Notes under the pieces: model-generated
Told to the model about the DNA's origin: nothing
The model's database searches: none
Seen by the model: the letters and a program-made list of their open reading frames with translations, nothing else
NCBI GenBank assembly: GCA_934096595.1
Contig: CAKOMH010000001.1
Span: 494 to 64,493, forward strand
Source: an uncultured Bacilli bacterium
GTDB lineage: Bacteria > Bacillota_I > Bacilli_A > RF39 > UBA660
Direction of reading: 5' to 3'
DNA: 64,000 nucleotides
In this document: in pieces, positions 51,217 through 59,342 of the stretch
Layout: each line of letters begins with the position of its first letter
How positions within the stretch are numbered: position 1 is the stretch's first letter
Program-made: the position numbers and the translations under genes

Positions 51217-51384
51217 ATGAAAGGAATTCTAAATGGAGTATTTAATTATGCTCATAGTAATTTTAGCCCTTGTGGACGAAATTATAAATTCCATCAAAAG
51301 GAAGTAAATTTTTTTATAAAAAATTTGAGAAGCACCTACTCAACATTGAATAGGTGCTTCTCATATATTACCATAATGGACTGA
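51217..51384 (+). CDS. Small ORF (55 aa, MKGILNGVFNYAHSNFSPCGRNYKFHQKEVNFFIKNLRSTYSTLNRCFSYITIMD) with an unusually strong GC-rich SD (GGAAGGAGG, 7-nt spacer). Its 3' third lies inside repeat copy B.
   Basis: RBS and ATG read directly. Coding status is uncertain. Confidence 0.3.
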   Translation: MKGILNGVFNYAHSNFSPCGRNYKFHQKEVNFFIKNLRSTYSTLNRCFSYITIMD

Positions 51385-51480
51385 GAAACATCTAACAGCT
51401 CAAATCAAATGTATCTCTTTTTTTATTTAAGAACTTTCGTTCTTTCAATAGTAGTATAGCATAATCAAAATTTTTTGCAA
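51327..51480 (+). repeat. Copy B of the roughly 155-bp direct repeat. It starts with the perfect hairpin GAGAAGCACCT-N14-AGGTGCTTCTC.
   Basis: Matches 50898-51052. Confidence 0.85.
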
Positions 51481-51573
51481 CTATTATTTAAGAATACATT
51501 AATAATATATACTAATATTTTATATTTATACTAAATAAATAATAATTACAATTTCCTGTATTTTATAATTCAT

Positions 51574-51603
51574 GGCTAATTTGCAGCCCATTGCAAATTG
51601 GCC
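51574..51603. other. GC-rich hairpin GGCTAATTTGCA-gcccatt-TGCAAATTGGCC. It is notable in an AT-rich intergenic region.
   Basis: 11-bp stem with one mismatch. Confidence 0.4.
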
Positions 51604-51620
51604 ATTTTTATTCTATTTAA

Positions 51621-51652
51621 AAAGATTAGCACTTAAAACCATACTAATCTTT
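51621..51652 (-). terminator. Rho-independent terminator of typA. The stem AAAGATTAG / CTAATCTTT is followed by a T5 run on the minus strand.
   Basis: Inverted repeat directly after the typA stop. Confidence 0.55.
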
Positions 51653-51659
51653 ATACTTA

Positions 51660-53465
51660 TTATTTTCTATTAACTCTAAATCTTTCATTAGGATCTAAAA
51701 TCTTCTTACGAAGTCTAATAATAGCAGGAGTAACTTCAACATATTCATCTTCTTCGATAAATTCTAAAGCCTCTTCTAAACTAAATGTCTTAGGAGTAAC
51801 TAAAGCAATGGCATCATCAGCCGACTTACTTCTGGTATTAGACATTTCTTTATTTTTACAAGGATTAACATTTAAATCATTATCTCTATTATGGATACCT
51901 ACAATCATACCGATATAAATATCAGCTCCCGGTCCAACAATCATTTGACCCCTATCTTGTAAGTTATATAATGAATAACCTAAAGCCTTACCAGTTTCCA
52001 TTGAAACTAGAACTCCGTTCTTACGGCCTCTAATCTCACCAGCATATGGTTTATATTCATCAAATGAACGAACCATAATACCTTCACCCTTCGTATTAGT
52101 AATAAAGGCACTTCTATAACCAATTAAACCACGAGTTGGGGCACTAAATTCTAAATGCGTATATCCTTCTTCTCCGTTAGACATAACAAGTAAAGTAGCC
52201 TTTCTTTCTTGTAAATCCGAAATAATAGTAGAAGCATAATCACTTGGTGTATTAACAATTACTGTTTCATAAGGTTCACATTTACGCCCATCAATTTCTT
52301 CAAATAAAACTTCTGGTTTAGAAACACATAATTCATAACCTTCACGACGCATTTCCTCAAGTAATACTGATAAATGTAATTCGCCACGACCAGATACTTT
52401 AAACCCATCAGTCCCCGGTAATTCTTCAACTTCTAAACCAACATTAGTTTCTAATTCTTTTTCTAATCTTTCTTTAATATGACGAGAAGTCAAGAACTTA
52501 CCACTTTGACCGGCAAATGGTGATGAGTTAACCATAAAATTCATTGACAAAGTTGGTCTTTCAATAATAATAGGAGGTAGAGGATCAACAACCCCTTGAG
52601 GACATAAAGTATCACCAATTGAAATATCCTTACAACCAGCAACTGTTACAATATCCCCGTAGTAAGCCTCACTTACTTCTTTTTTCTTAATACCTTCGTT
52701 TACAAATAATTTAGAAATTCTAAAAGACTCAACCGCACCAGTATTACGACATAAAGTAACCATTTCACCAGTTTTAACAACACCTTTAGTAACACGACCA
52801 ATACCCAAACGACCAATAAAGGAATCATAATCTAATTGGGAAACTTGAAGTTGTAAAGTATCATCAACACTGCCTTCATAAGGTTTAACTTGTTTTAAAA
52901 CTGTATCAAGTAATGGTGAAATATCATTACCTAAATTATTTAAATCAAGTGTCGCTTTACCATCTCTTGCAACCCCATAAACTATTGGAAAATCTAATTG
53001 TTCATCAGTTGCATTTAATTCCATAAATAAATCAAAAGTCATATTAACTACTTCTTCAGGTCTGGCATCTTTTTTATCAATCTTATTTATGAAAAGAATA
53101 GGTCTTAAATTCTGTTCCAAAGCCTTCTTAAGAACAAATCTCGTTTGAGGCATTGGTCCTTCCTTCGCATCAACAATTAGAATAACTGTATCAACAGTAC
53201 GCATAATTCTTTCAACTTCACTAGAAAAATCTGCATGTCCCGGAGTATCTACAATATTAATCTTATAATCCTTATATCTAATCGCACAGTTCTTAGAATA
53301 AATAGTAATACCTCTTTCTCTTTCTAAGTCATTACTATCCATAACTTGCTCATGAACTACTTCATTATCTCTAAATACTCCATTTTGTTGTAATAGTGCA
53401 TCTACCAAAGTACTTTTACCCGCATCTACATGCGCTACTACTGCAATATTTATAATCTTATCCAT
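51660..53465 (-). CDS. typA: Translational GTPase TypA/BipA
   Basis: G-domain AHVDAGKST, DTPGHADF, NKID. EF-G-like domain order and BipA length. Confidence 0.93.
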   Translation of the reverse strand: MDKIINIAVVAHVDAGKSTLVDALLQQNGVFRDNEVVHEQVMDSNDLERERGITIYSKNCAIRYKDYKINIVDTPGHADFSSEVERIMRTVDTVILIVDAKEGPMPQTRFVLKKALEQNLRPILFINKIDKKDARPEEVVNMTFDLFMELNATDEQLDFPIVYGVARDGKATLDLNNLGNDISPLLDTVLKQVKPYEGSVDDTLQLQVSQLDYDSFIGRLGIGRVTKGVVKTGEMVTLCRNTGAVESFRISKLFVNEGIKKKEVSEAYYGDIVTVAGCKDISIGDTLCPQGVVDPLPPIIIERPTLSMNFMVNSSPFAGQSGKFLTSRHIKERLEKELETNVGLEVEELPGTDGFKVSGRGELHLSVLLEEMRREGYELCVSKPEVLFEEIDGRKCEPYETVIVNTPSDYASTIISDLQERKATLLVMSNGEEGYTHLEFSAPTRGLIGYRSAFITNTKGEGIMVRSFDEYKPYAGEIRGRKNGVLVSMETGKALGYSLYNLQDRGQMIVGPGADIYIGMIVGIHNRDNDLNVNPCKNKEMSNTRSKSADDAIALVTPKTFSLEEALEFIEEDEYVEVTPAIIRLRKKILDPNERFRVNRK

Positions 53466-53724
53466 AAATAAAACCCACTTCCATTTAATACTTTTAAGAT
53501 ATTACTACATTTTTTTCTAAATTACAAGTAGTAAATAACCATTTTTCTATTTCCTTAAGTTCAACTATAATTATACATTTTAATCCCTTAACTTCAGATT
53601 ATTATTTTCATCGCCAAAAACAAAATCTTGTTTAGTTTCTTTATCTTGTTTAGTTTCTTCACATTAATATTTCTAACCGCTATCATTCCATGATACAATT
53701 ATCCTAGAAAGGAGTATTATTCAG

Positions 53725-54477
53725 ATGAAAGATAAGAAAAACATTCTAATTATTATTTTAAGTATTCTTTTAGTAATAACTGTTGGTTATATTGTTTATA
53801 GCGAACTAAATAACAAAAATATCGATAATTGTAACAAAACCGAAAACAACAATATTGAAAATAACAATTCCCACAAAAATAATGAAAATAATCAAAATCA
53901 AACCTCTGAGCAATCAGAATATAACATTATAGGCGAGGCTTATAACGGTATTAAAGTTATAAAAAATACTAATGAGGATGTTAATCCTAAAAATGGTGAT
54001 CCCATAGAACTTGTTGAAAAAGTTATATTACCTAAAATATTAAAAGATACTGATACTACCAAATCTATTAATAAAAAGATTTTAGATGATAATAAATGGG
54101 CCATCTCCATCGTTGAAAAAGGTTTACAAAACGAAGATAATCCCTATACTTTATATGATGTTACTACTAATTATGACTACACACTCAATAATAATATTCT
54201 CTACATCTTAGTAACAACTAAGAATTGGTATTATCATAGTGAAAGCTTCAACGATTATTATAGTTATTATTATGATATGAAAAACGATAAAGAATTAACA
54301 ACTAACGAAGTAGCCTCTCTTCTTAACATTAAACTAAAAGATATTAAAAATGCTAAAAAAATTACTAATATTATGTATATTAATAATTATAAACAAGCAA
54401 AAATCTATTATAAAGAATTAGAAGATAATTGTAGTAATGAAGAATGTAAAAATGAAACTACTATTGATTTAAAATAA
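53725..54477 (+). CDS. Hypothetical membrane-anchored Asn-rich protein
   Basis: ORF track. N-terminal TM, low-complexity N-rich linker, C-terminal Cys pair. Confidence 0.5.
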   Translation: MKDKKNILIIILSILLVITVGYIVYSELNNKNIDNCNKTENNNIENNNSHKNNENNQNQTSEQSEYNIIGEAYNGIKVIKNTNEDVNPKNGDPIELVEKVILPKILKDTDTTKSINKKILDDNKWAISIVEKGLQNEDNPYTLYDVTTNYDYTLNNNILYILVTTKNWYYHSESFNDYYSYYYDMKNDKELTTNEVASLLNIKLKDIKNAKKITNIMYINNYKQAKIYYKELEDNCSNEECKNETTIDLK

Positions 54478-54518
54478 ATTTTCAATAAAAAAGTCCACTA
54501 ATCCCTTAGTGAATTTTT

Positions 54519-55388
54519 TTAATTAACCTCTAAATTAAAATTACTTTTTTTCTTATTCTTTCGTTCTTCCTTATTAACATAGACCGTTTCATAAGAATCA
54601 CATACGGTAATAAAGGCTTTGTTATCAATAAGTAATATTACTTCTTTAATTTCTAAATAAAACTTACTTTTAATAGATACTACTAATATATCATTACTTC
54701 TATTACTATATCCGCCCCTACCTTTTAAGATCGTAATTCCATAATTATAAGTTTCACTTAAAAACTTTCTTATTTCTTTATTTTTGTGAGAATTTATATA
54801 AAGTATTTTATCTTCTTTAATCCCTAACATAAACTGATTAGAATATATACTTTGAAAAATTAATATTACAAAGGCATATATTAAATGTTCTACGCCAAAT
54901 ACTAACCCCGTTAAAACAACAACAATTCCATCTACCATAATAATTGCTTTATCCATTGAAATTTTTAAGTATTTACCTAAAATTGATTCAATTATATCAG
55001 TGCCTCCAGTTGTATACCCTGTTTTAAAAACCATTCCTAGACCAACACCATTAATAATTCCCCCAATAATAGCCTTTATTAATAAATCAACACTACTTAA
55101 ATCAATTAAACCAGTTATATAACTAGTTAACTTTAGCATAATAGGATAAATAAGTGCTCCTAAAATAGTTTTATAAGTATCACCTTTACCTAAAAATATA
55201 AAAGATAAGATAATTAAGAAAATATTAACTACTCCGACAAATAAAGAAGTATCAATCTTAATAAAATTATTAATTACTATAGAAAGACCACCAATTCCGG
55301 TAGAGGCTAGGTTATCTGGTACACAGAATAAGTTAAAAGAAAATGCTACTATAGTTATTCCTAATATAAATTTTATCCATTTTTTCAT
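54519..55388 (-). CDS. YitT family membrane protein (second paralog)
   Basis: Same architecture as 35540..36424. Confidence 0.75.
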   Translation of the reverse strand: MKKWIKFILGITIVAFSFNLFCVPDNLASTGIGGLSIVINNFIKIDTSLFVGVVNIFLIILSFIFLGKGDTYKTILGALIYPIMLKLTSYITGLIDLSSVDLLIKAIIGGIINGVGLGMVFKTGYTTGGTDIIESILGKYLKISMDKAIIMVDGIVVVLTGLVFGVEHLIYAFVILIFQSIYSNQFMLGIKEDKILYINSHKNKEIRKFLSETYNYGITILKGRGGYSNRSNDILVVSIKSKFYLEIKEVILLIDNKAFITVCDSYETVYVNKEERKNKKKSNFNLEVN

Positions 55389-55544
55389 ATAACCATTCCT
55401 TTATTATTTATTACTTAGATTGTATCAAATATAGAGTATTTTTTAAAGGATTATATAATTTAGTTAACCTTCCCACCCTCCCACCCTAAATATATTATTT
55501 AGATATAATTTATTATATAATAGATATACAAGGAGTTTTATAAT

Positions 55545-55787
55545 ATGAAAAGTTTAGAATATTTAATGTATGTTGATGAACAAGAAGAAAAAGAAAAGAT
55601 TTATAATTCTGAAACGAAAGAATTCTATAAAAATGGCGAGATAAAAGGCAAACTCAAAAAAACAAAAGAAACCATAAAAAATGCAACCAAAATGGGATTT
55701 ACATTAGAACAAATTTCTGGTTTAGTTAATCTTCCTATCAATGAGATATTAGTTATTCAAAACGAGATAAGCAATAATCAAGATTAA
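55545..55787 (+). CDS. Small standalone protein resembling the C-terminal tail module of Rpn/YhgA-like (PD-(D/E)XK, transposase_31) proteins
   Basis: …GEIKGKLKKTKETIKNATKMGFTLEQISGLVNLPINEILVIQNEI matches the characteristic Rpn C-terminal tail pattern (G.E.G......IAKKML..G...E.I...TGLS.EEI). There is no nuclease domain upstream. Confidence 0.45.
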   Translation: MKSLEYLMYVDEQEEKEKIYNSETKEFYKNGEIKGKLKKTKETIKNATKMGFTLEQISGLVNLPINEILVIQNEISNNQD

Positions 55788-55791
55788 TTTT

Positions 55792-55844
55792 AAAACTCTA
55801 TTACGCAATTTTCTATTTTTTTAGATTTTGCGTAATAGAGTTTT
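55792..55844. terminator. Perfect 17-bp inverted repeat (AAAACTCTATTACGCAA-N19-TTGCGTAATAGAGTTTT) between convergent genes. Bidirectional terminator or hairpin; the right arm contains the stop codon of the Gly-rich gene.
   Basis: Arms at 55792-55808 and 55828-55844 are exact reverse complements. Confidence 0.6.
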
Positions 55845-57258
55845 ATTCATCTATACTCGCCAAAGTTATTCTGGCATAACCATTGCCTTTTTTAGCACAA
55901 TAACTAATAGGCGTTTCTTCATTACAAGTAGTTGATATTGTTTTCGTACTCTCTTCATTAGACTCTTCACAATTGTAACAGTACATAACTTTGTTAGTTA
56001 AAAGCAAATTCCCGATATAACCTGAGCCACCGCCGCCAGCATTAAAATCTTCTCCGTAAGCAGAATTTATATTTCCACCATAAAATCCGCCACCGCCACC
56101 AGACACACCGTTACTATAGCCTATTCCTGTTCCGTCGCAACCTTTTCCAAAAGCACAGCCAGATATTTGATTTCCGCCAAGTCCACTATTATTTTCTCCT
56201 TGCATTCCAGCTATTCCACCGCCAGAACCGCCGTGTTGAGAATAGTTTCCAGCACCACCACCACCAGATACTATGTAAATACTATTTTTATAATTTTCTA
56301 AACTACTGAGCAAGCCTGATTTTGTGGCAATATGAGTTGCTCCCCCACCTCCGCCGCCAGTTTCAGATTGATTCGTATTTATTTCAAATTTGTTATTATC
56401 CCAAGTTCCAGAACCACCGCCATTATAACCGCCAGCAGTATCTTGACCTTTAACAGCTGTTGAGCCGGTGCCGCCAACATTTAAGTAAACAACATCATTT
56501 TTAGATAAAATAACAAATCCAGATGCAAAACCACCATATCCCCCCAACTCTAGTAAACGACCATCTATTATCGAACTTCCACCTTGTGCGCCCCATGTTT
56601 CTAACTTATAAGTTCCCGATACTGGGGCAATAAAAGTCTGCTCTGCTCCTGTATAATCAAAATTAAATACCATATCACCAGTATAATTAAAATTAATTGG
56701 TTTACCCACTACTACTATTTTAGACTTAAAAGTTTTAATCTCATTATTTAAATCTTCTAAAGTAGTATTATAATCTATCCATAATCTTAAAGAATAATCT
56801 TTACTTTGCCCTGATTTCAAAATACCTGTAGTTAATTTTCTACTTTCAATACTACTAGTATTTACTTTATTTGCATTATCAAAATTACTAAGTAGGTTTA
56901 TTTCTTTAATATCATTATTTTCCAACATGACATCAATAAATTTACTGGATAAAGTACTATTATTTAACACTTCTAAATTAACTGAATACTCAGCAGTTAT
57001 ATCACAAGTATTAATAACCGTAAAAGTATAAGGAGTTAAACTTTTACCCTTATCATTACTTATTGGATAAGCATTATCTAAATTAATACTATTCTCTTGA
57101 TTACTTATAGATAAGTCAAAACACTTAGATTCTGCCATATTAGTAGTATCTTGACTAACCGATATATTCCACATCGAATAAGATACTCCTATACCCAACA
57201 ATATTATTAATACTAAACTTATACTTATAAATATTACACTATTTTTCATAACTTCCAC
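55843..57258 (-). CDS. Secreted glycine-rich repeat protein: an N-terminal signal-anchor and Ig-like domain, then a FIAPVSGTYKLETWGAQGG motif followed by long GGxGG/GGGGG tracts and a Cys-containing C-terminal region
   Basis: Direct reading. Reminiscent of bacterial glycine-rich (Gly_rich-like) secreted proteins. No search was possible. Confidence 0.55.
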   Translation of the reverse strand: MEVMKNSVIFISISLVLIILLGIGVSYSMWNISVSQDTTNMAESKCFDLSISNQENSINLDNAYPISNDKGKSLTPYTFTVINTCDITAEYSVNLEVLNNSTLSSKFIDVMLENNDIKEINLLSNFDNANKVNTSSIESRKLTTGILKSGQSKDYSLRLWIDYNTTLEDLNNEIKTFKSKIVVVGKPINFNYTGDMVFNFDYTGAEQTFIAPVSGTYKLETWGAQGGSSIIDGRLLELGGYGGFASGFVILSKNDVVYLNVGGTGSTAVKGQDTAGGYNGGGSGTWDNNKFEINTNQSETGGGGGGATHIATKSGLLSSLENYKNSIYIVSGGGGAGNYSQHGGSGGGIAGMQGENNSGLGGNQISGCAFGKGCDGTGIGYSNGVSGGGGGFYGGNINSAYGEDFNAGGGGSGYIGNLLLTNKVMYCYNCEESNEESTKTISTTCNEETPISYCAKKGNGYARITLASIDE

Positions 57259-57386
57259 TATTCCTTATTATGTTTCAGTATAATATTAACAAAATAAAAT
57301 CAATATTTATGCAATGCTTTTTGTCTTATAATATGCAATCTATAATTGCCATACTTTATGTAATACAATCTTATTAGGAGTTACTT

Positions 57387-57578
57387 ATGAATGCGTTTAA
57401 AATATCACCTAAAGGAGAAACTGATAATAAAACTATTCGTTTTCCCTTAGAACTTATTGAAAAAATTGAAAAAGCAATCGTTGGTCAAGATATAACTTTT
57501 AGTAGATTTGTTATCTTAGCCTGTGAATATGCTCTTAATAATATGGAAAAAGAAGACAAAGATAAAACTAGTAAATAA
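57387..57578 (+). CDS. Small ribbon-helix-helix (CopG/Arc-like) protein
   Basis: TIRFPLELIEKIEKAI beta-strand plus helix pattern, 63 aa. Confidence 0.45.
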   Translation: MNAFKISPKGETDNKTIRFPLELIEKIEKAIVGQDITFSRFVILACEYALNNMEKEDKDKTSK

Positions 57579-57611
57579 ATTAAAAAAAGTCGTCTTAAAA
57601 CGGCTCTTTAT

Positions 57612-59318
57612 TTATTTTCTTTTTTTTATTAATAATCTATCTGCTAAAACATCATCTAACATTTTTAGCGAATCATCTTCATTAATATCTGTATAAAGAT
57701 AATTATTACCAATAATCTCTTGGATTTTAGGAAATTTCTCTAATAACTTACTTAATTTATTAGTAAATAAATAACTATTATTATCATTTATATTCTCTTC
57801 GGAAATACCAGAACTTATATTAGTAAATACATCTTTTAGATCTATCTTTTTATATTCTTCATAAATCTTTTCTATATCTTCTTCTTTAGTATAGTAAATA
57901 GTACTTAAGGCTTTAAAGAAACTATCTTTGATTATTTTATATTGTTTACAAAACTTATCATAACAATAAGTTTCATTATTATTACCTATATCATCTACTA
58001 AGAAGGCTCCATCTGCAATCTGATTAGCAATTAAATAATATAATAAAATATTATCTTCTAAACTTAAATCATTATTATCTATATTATATTTAATTAAATT
58101 ACTTATAGCAATTTTAAATATAGATATATAATGTAAATTACTAAGTGTATCATTTACTTTAAAAATATCATCTTTATCATAATTATCTTTACTACCTAAT
58201 AACTTAATTATATAATTATTTCTACAATCTAAAGCATCCATTGTATATATAATACTTAATATTTCTTTCTTTTCTTCAATATTATTAGCGCCCAAATAAC
58301 TAAATAAAGCCTCTATATCTTCATCATTAATAGCCTTATAATAATCTTTTATTCCATAGTCATTAAAAAGAGAGCATAATAACAATTTATTTTCTAATTT
58401 ACGATAATATTCATAAGTATAAGCAAACTCCTTGCTTAAAGATTCGTAGCCGCCTTCTATTCCTAAATTATATAAAATACTTTCCGCACTTGCTTCCATT
58501 AGAAAACTATGATTATGTCCATTGAAGAAATCAAGCTTTAAAACACCGCCGTTATCTAACTTATCGCTACAAGCCCTTTGTCTTACATGGCTAAGTTCAT
58601 GTTTTACTGTTTCATCAATCCTAGCCAATATTTTATCCAGATCATAACTACTATTTAAAATATTATTTAAGCATATTTCAATAACATTATTACTATAAGA
58701 ATAACTAGCATAGGCAATATTTTCTTCATCATGGCTTGCAATATTGGGAACAAAAACGACACTTAATTCTGTAAAACTATGGATATCTTCATTAGTTCCA
58801 GTACTTAAAACAAATCCTAAATAACTATATAAAGCATTATAAATATCATCTTTTATTAAAGCAATATCTTTTTCACTAAAAGAATAACCATATTCATTAG
58901 TAGCCTTAATATTATTAAAGTAATCCTCATCAAAAAATGAAGTATAATCTAATTCTTTTAGTTCATTTGCCAAGTTAAAAGAATTAACTTTTATTTTAGC
59001 AATCAACTCATCAATAGTAATATTAAAATCTTTTTCACACAGAATATTATCTCTATTAATAAGTTCATCTACTTCTGAATCATTTAATTTAACAACATCA
59101 GTAATTCCCAAATCCGTTAAATTTTTTATATTTTCTTGTAATAAAACTTCTAAGTCTTCTGTTCTATTATTTGAATCAGCCTTACTAACCATATCAATTT
59201 TATTATCTTGTTTACATCCGCAGGCATTTATGGTAACTGTTAAACATAATAGAAAAGATGCTATTCTTCTATTAATATTTTTCACTTTTTCCCCCTGTAA
59301 TTGCCTACTATTATACAC
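57612..59318 (-). CDS. Secreted protein or lipoprotein with an HExxH zinc-metallopeptidase motif (VKHELSHV, followed 30 aa later by MEASAE). Paralog of 59343..60935.
   Basis: Signal peptide with a Cys-containing lipobox-like INACGC. The family is distantly like DUF4932 (HE[FL]xH...EA). Confidence 0.55.
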   Translation of the reverse strand: MYNSRQLQGEKVKNINRRIASFLLCLTVTINACGCKQDNKIDMVSKADSNNRTEDLEVLLQENIKNLTDLGITDVVKLNDSEVDELINRDNILCEKDFNITIDELIAKIKVNSFNLANELKELDYTSFFDEDYFNNIKATNEYGYSFSEKDIALIKDDIYNALYSYLGFVLSTGTNEDIHSFTELSVVFVPNIASHDEENIAYASYSYSNNVIEICLNNILNSSYDLDKILARIDETVKHELSHVRQRACSDKLDNGGVLKLDFFNGHNHSFLMEASAESILYNLGIEGGYESLSKEFAYTYEYYRKLENKLLLCSLFNDYGIKDYYKAINDEDIEALFSYLGANNIEEKKEILSIIYTMDALDCRNNYIIKLLGSKDNYDKDDIFKVNDTLSNLHYISIFKIAISNLIKYNIDNNDLSLEDNILLYYLIANQIADGAFLVDDIGNNNETYCYDKFCKQYKIIKDSFFKALSTIYYTKEEDIEKIYEEYKKIDLKDVFTNISSGISEENINDNNSYLFTNKLSKLLEKFPKIQEIIGNNYLYTDINEDDSLKMLDDVLADRLLIKKRK

Positions 59319-59342
59319 AAACTTTGGAAAAAGTAAAGTTTA

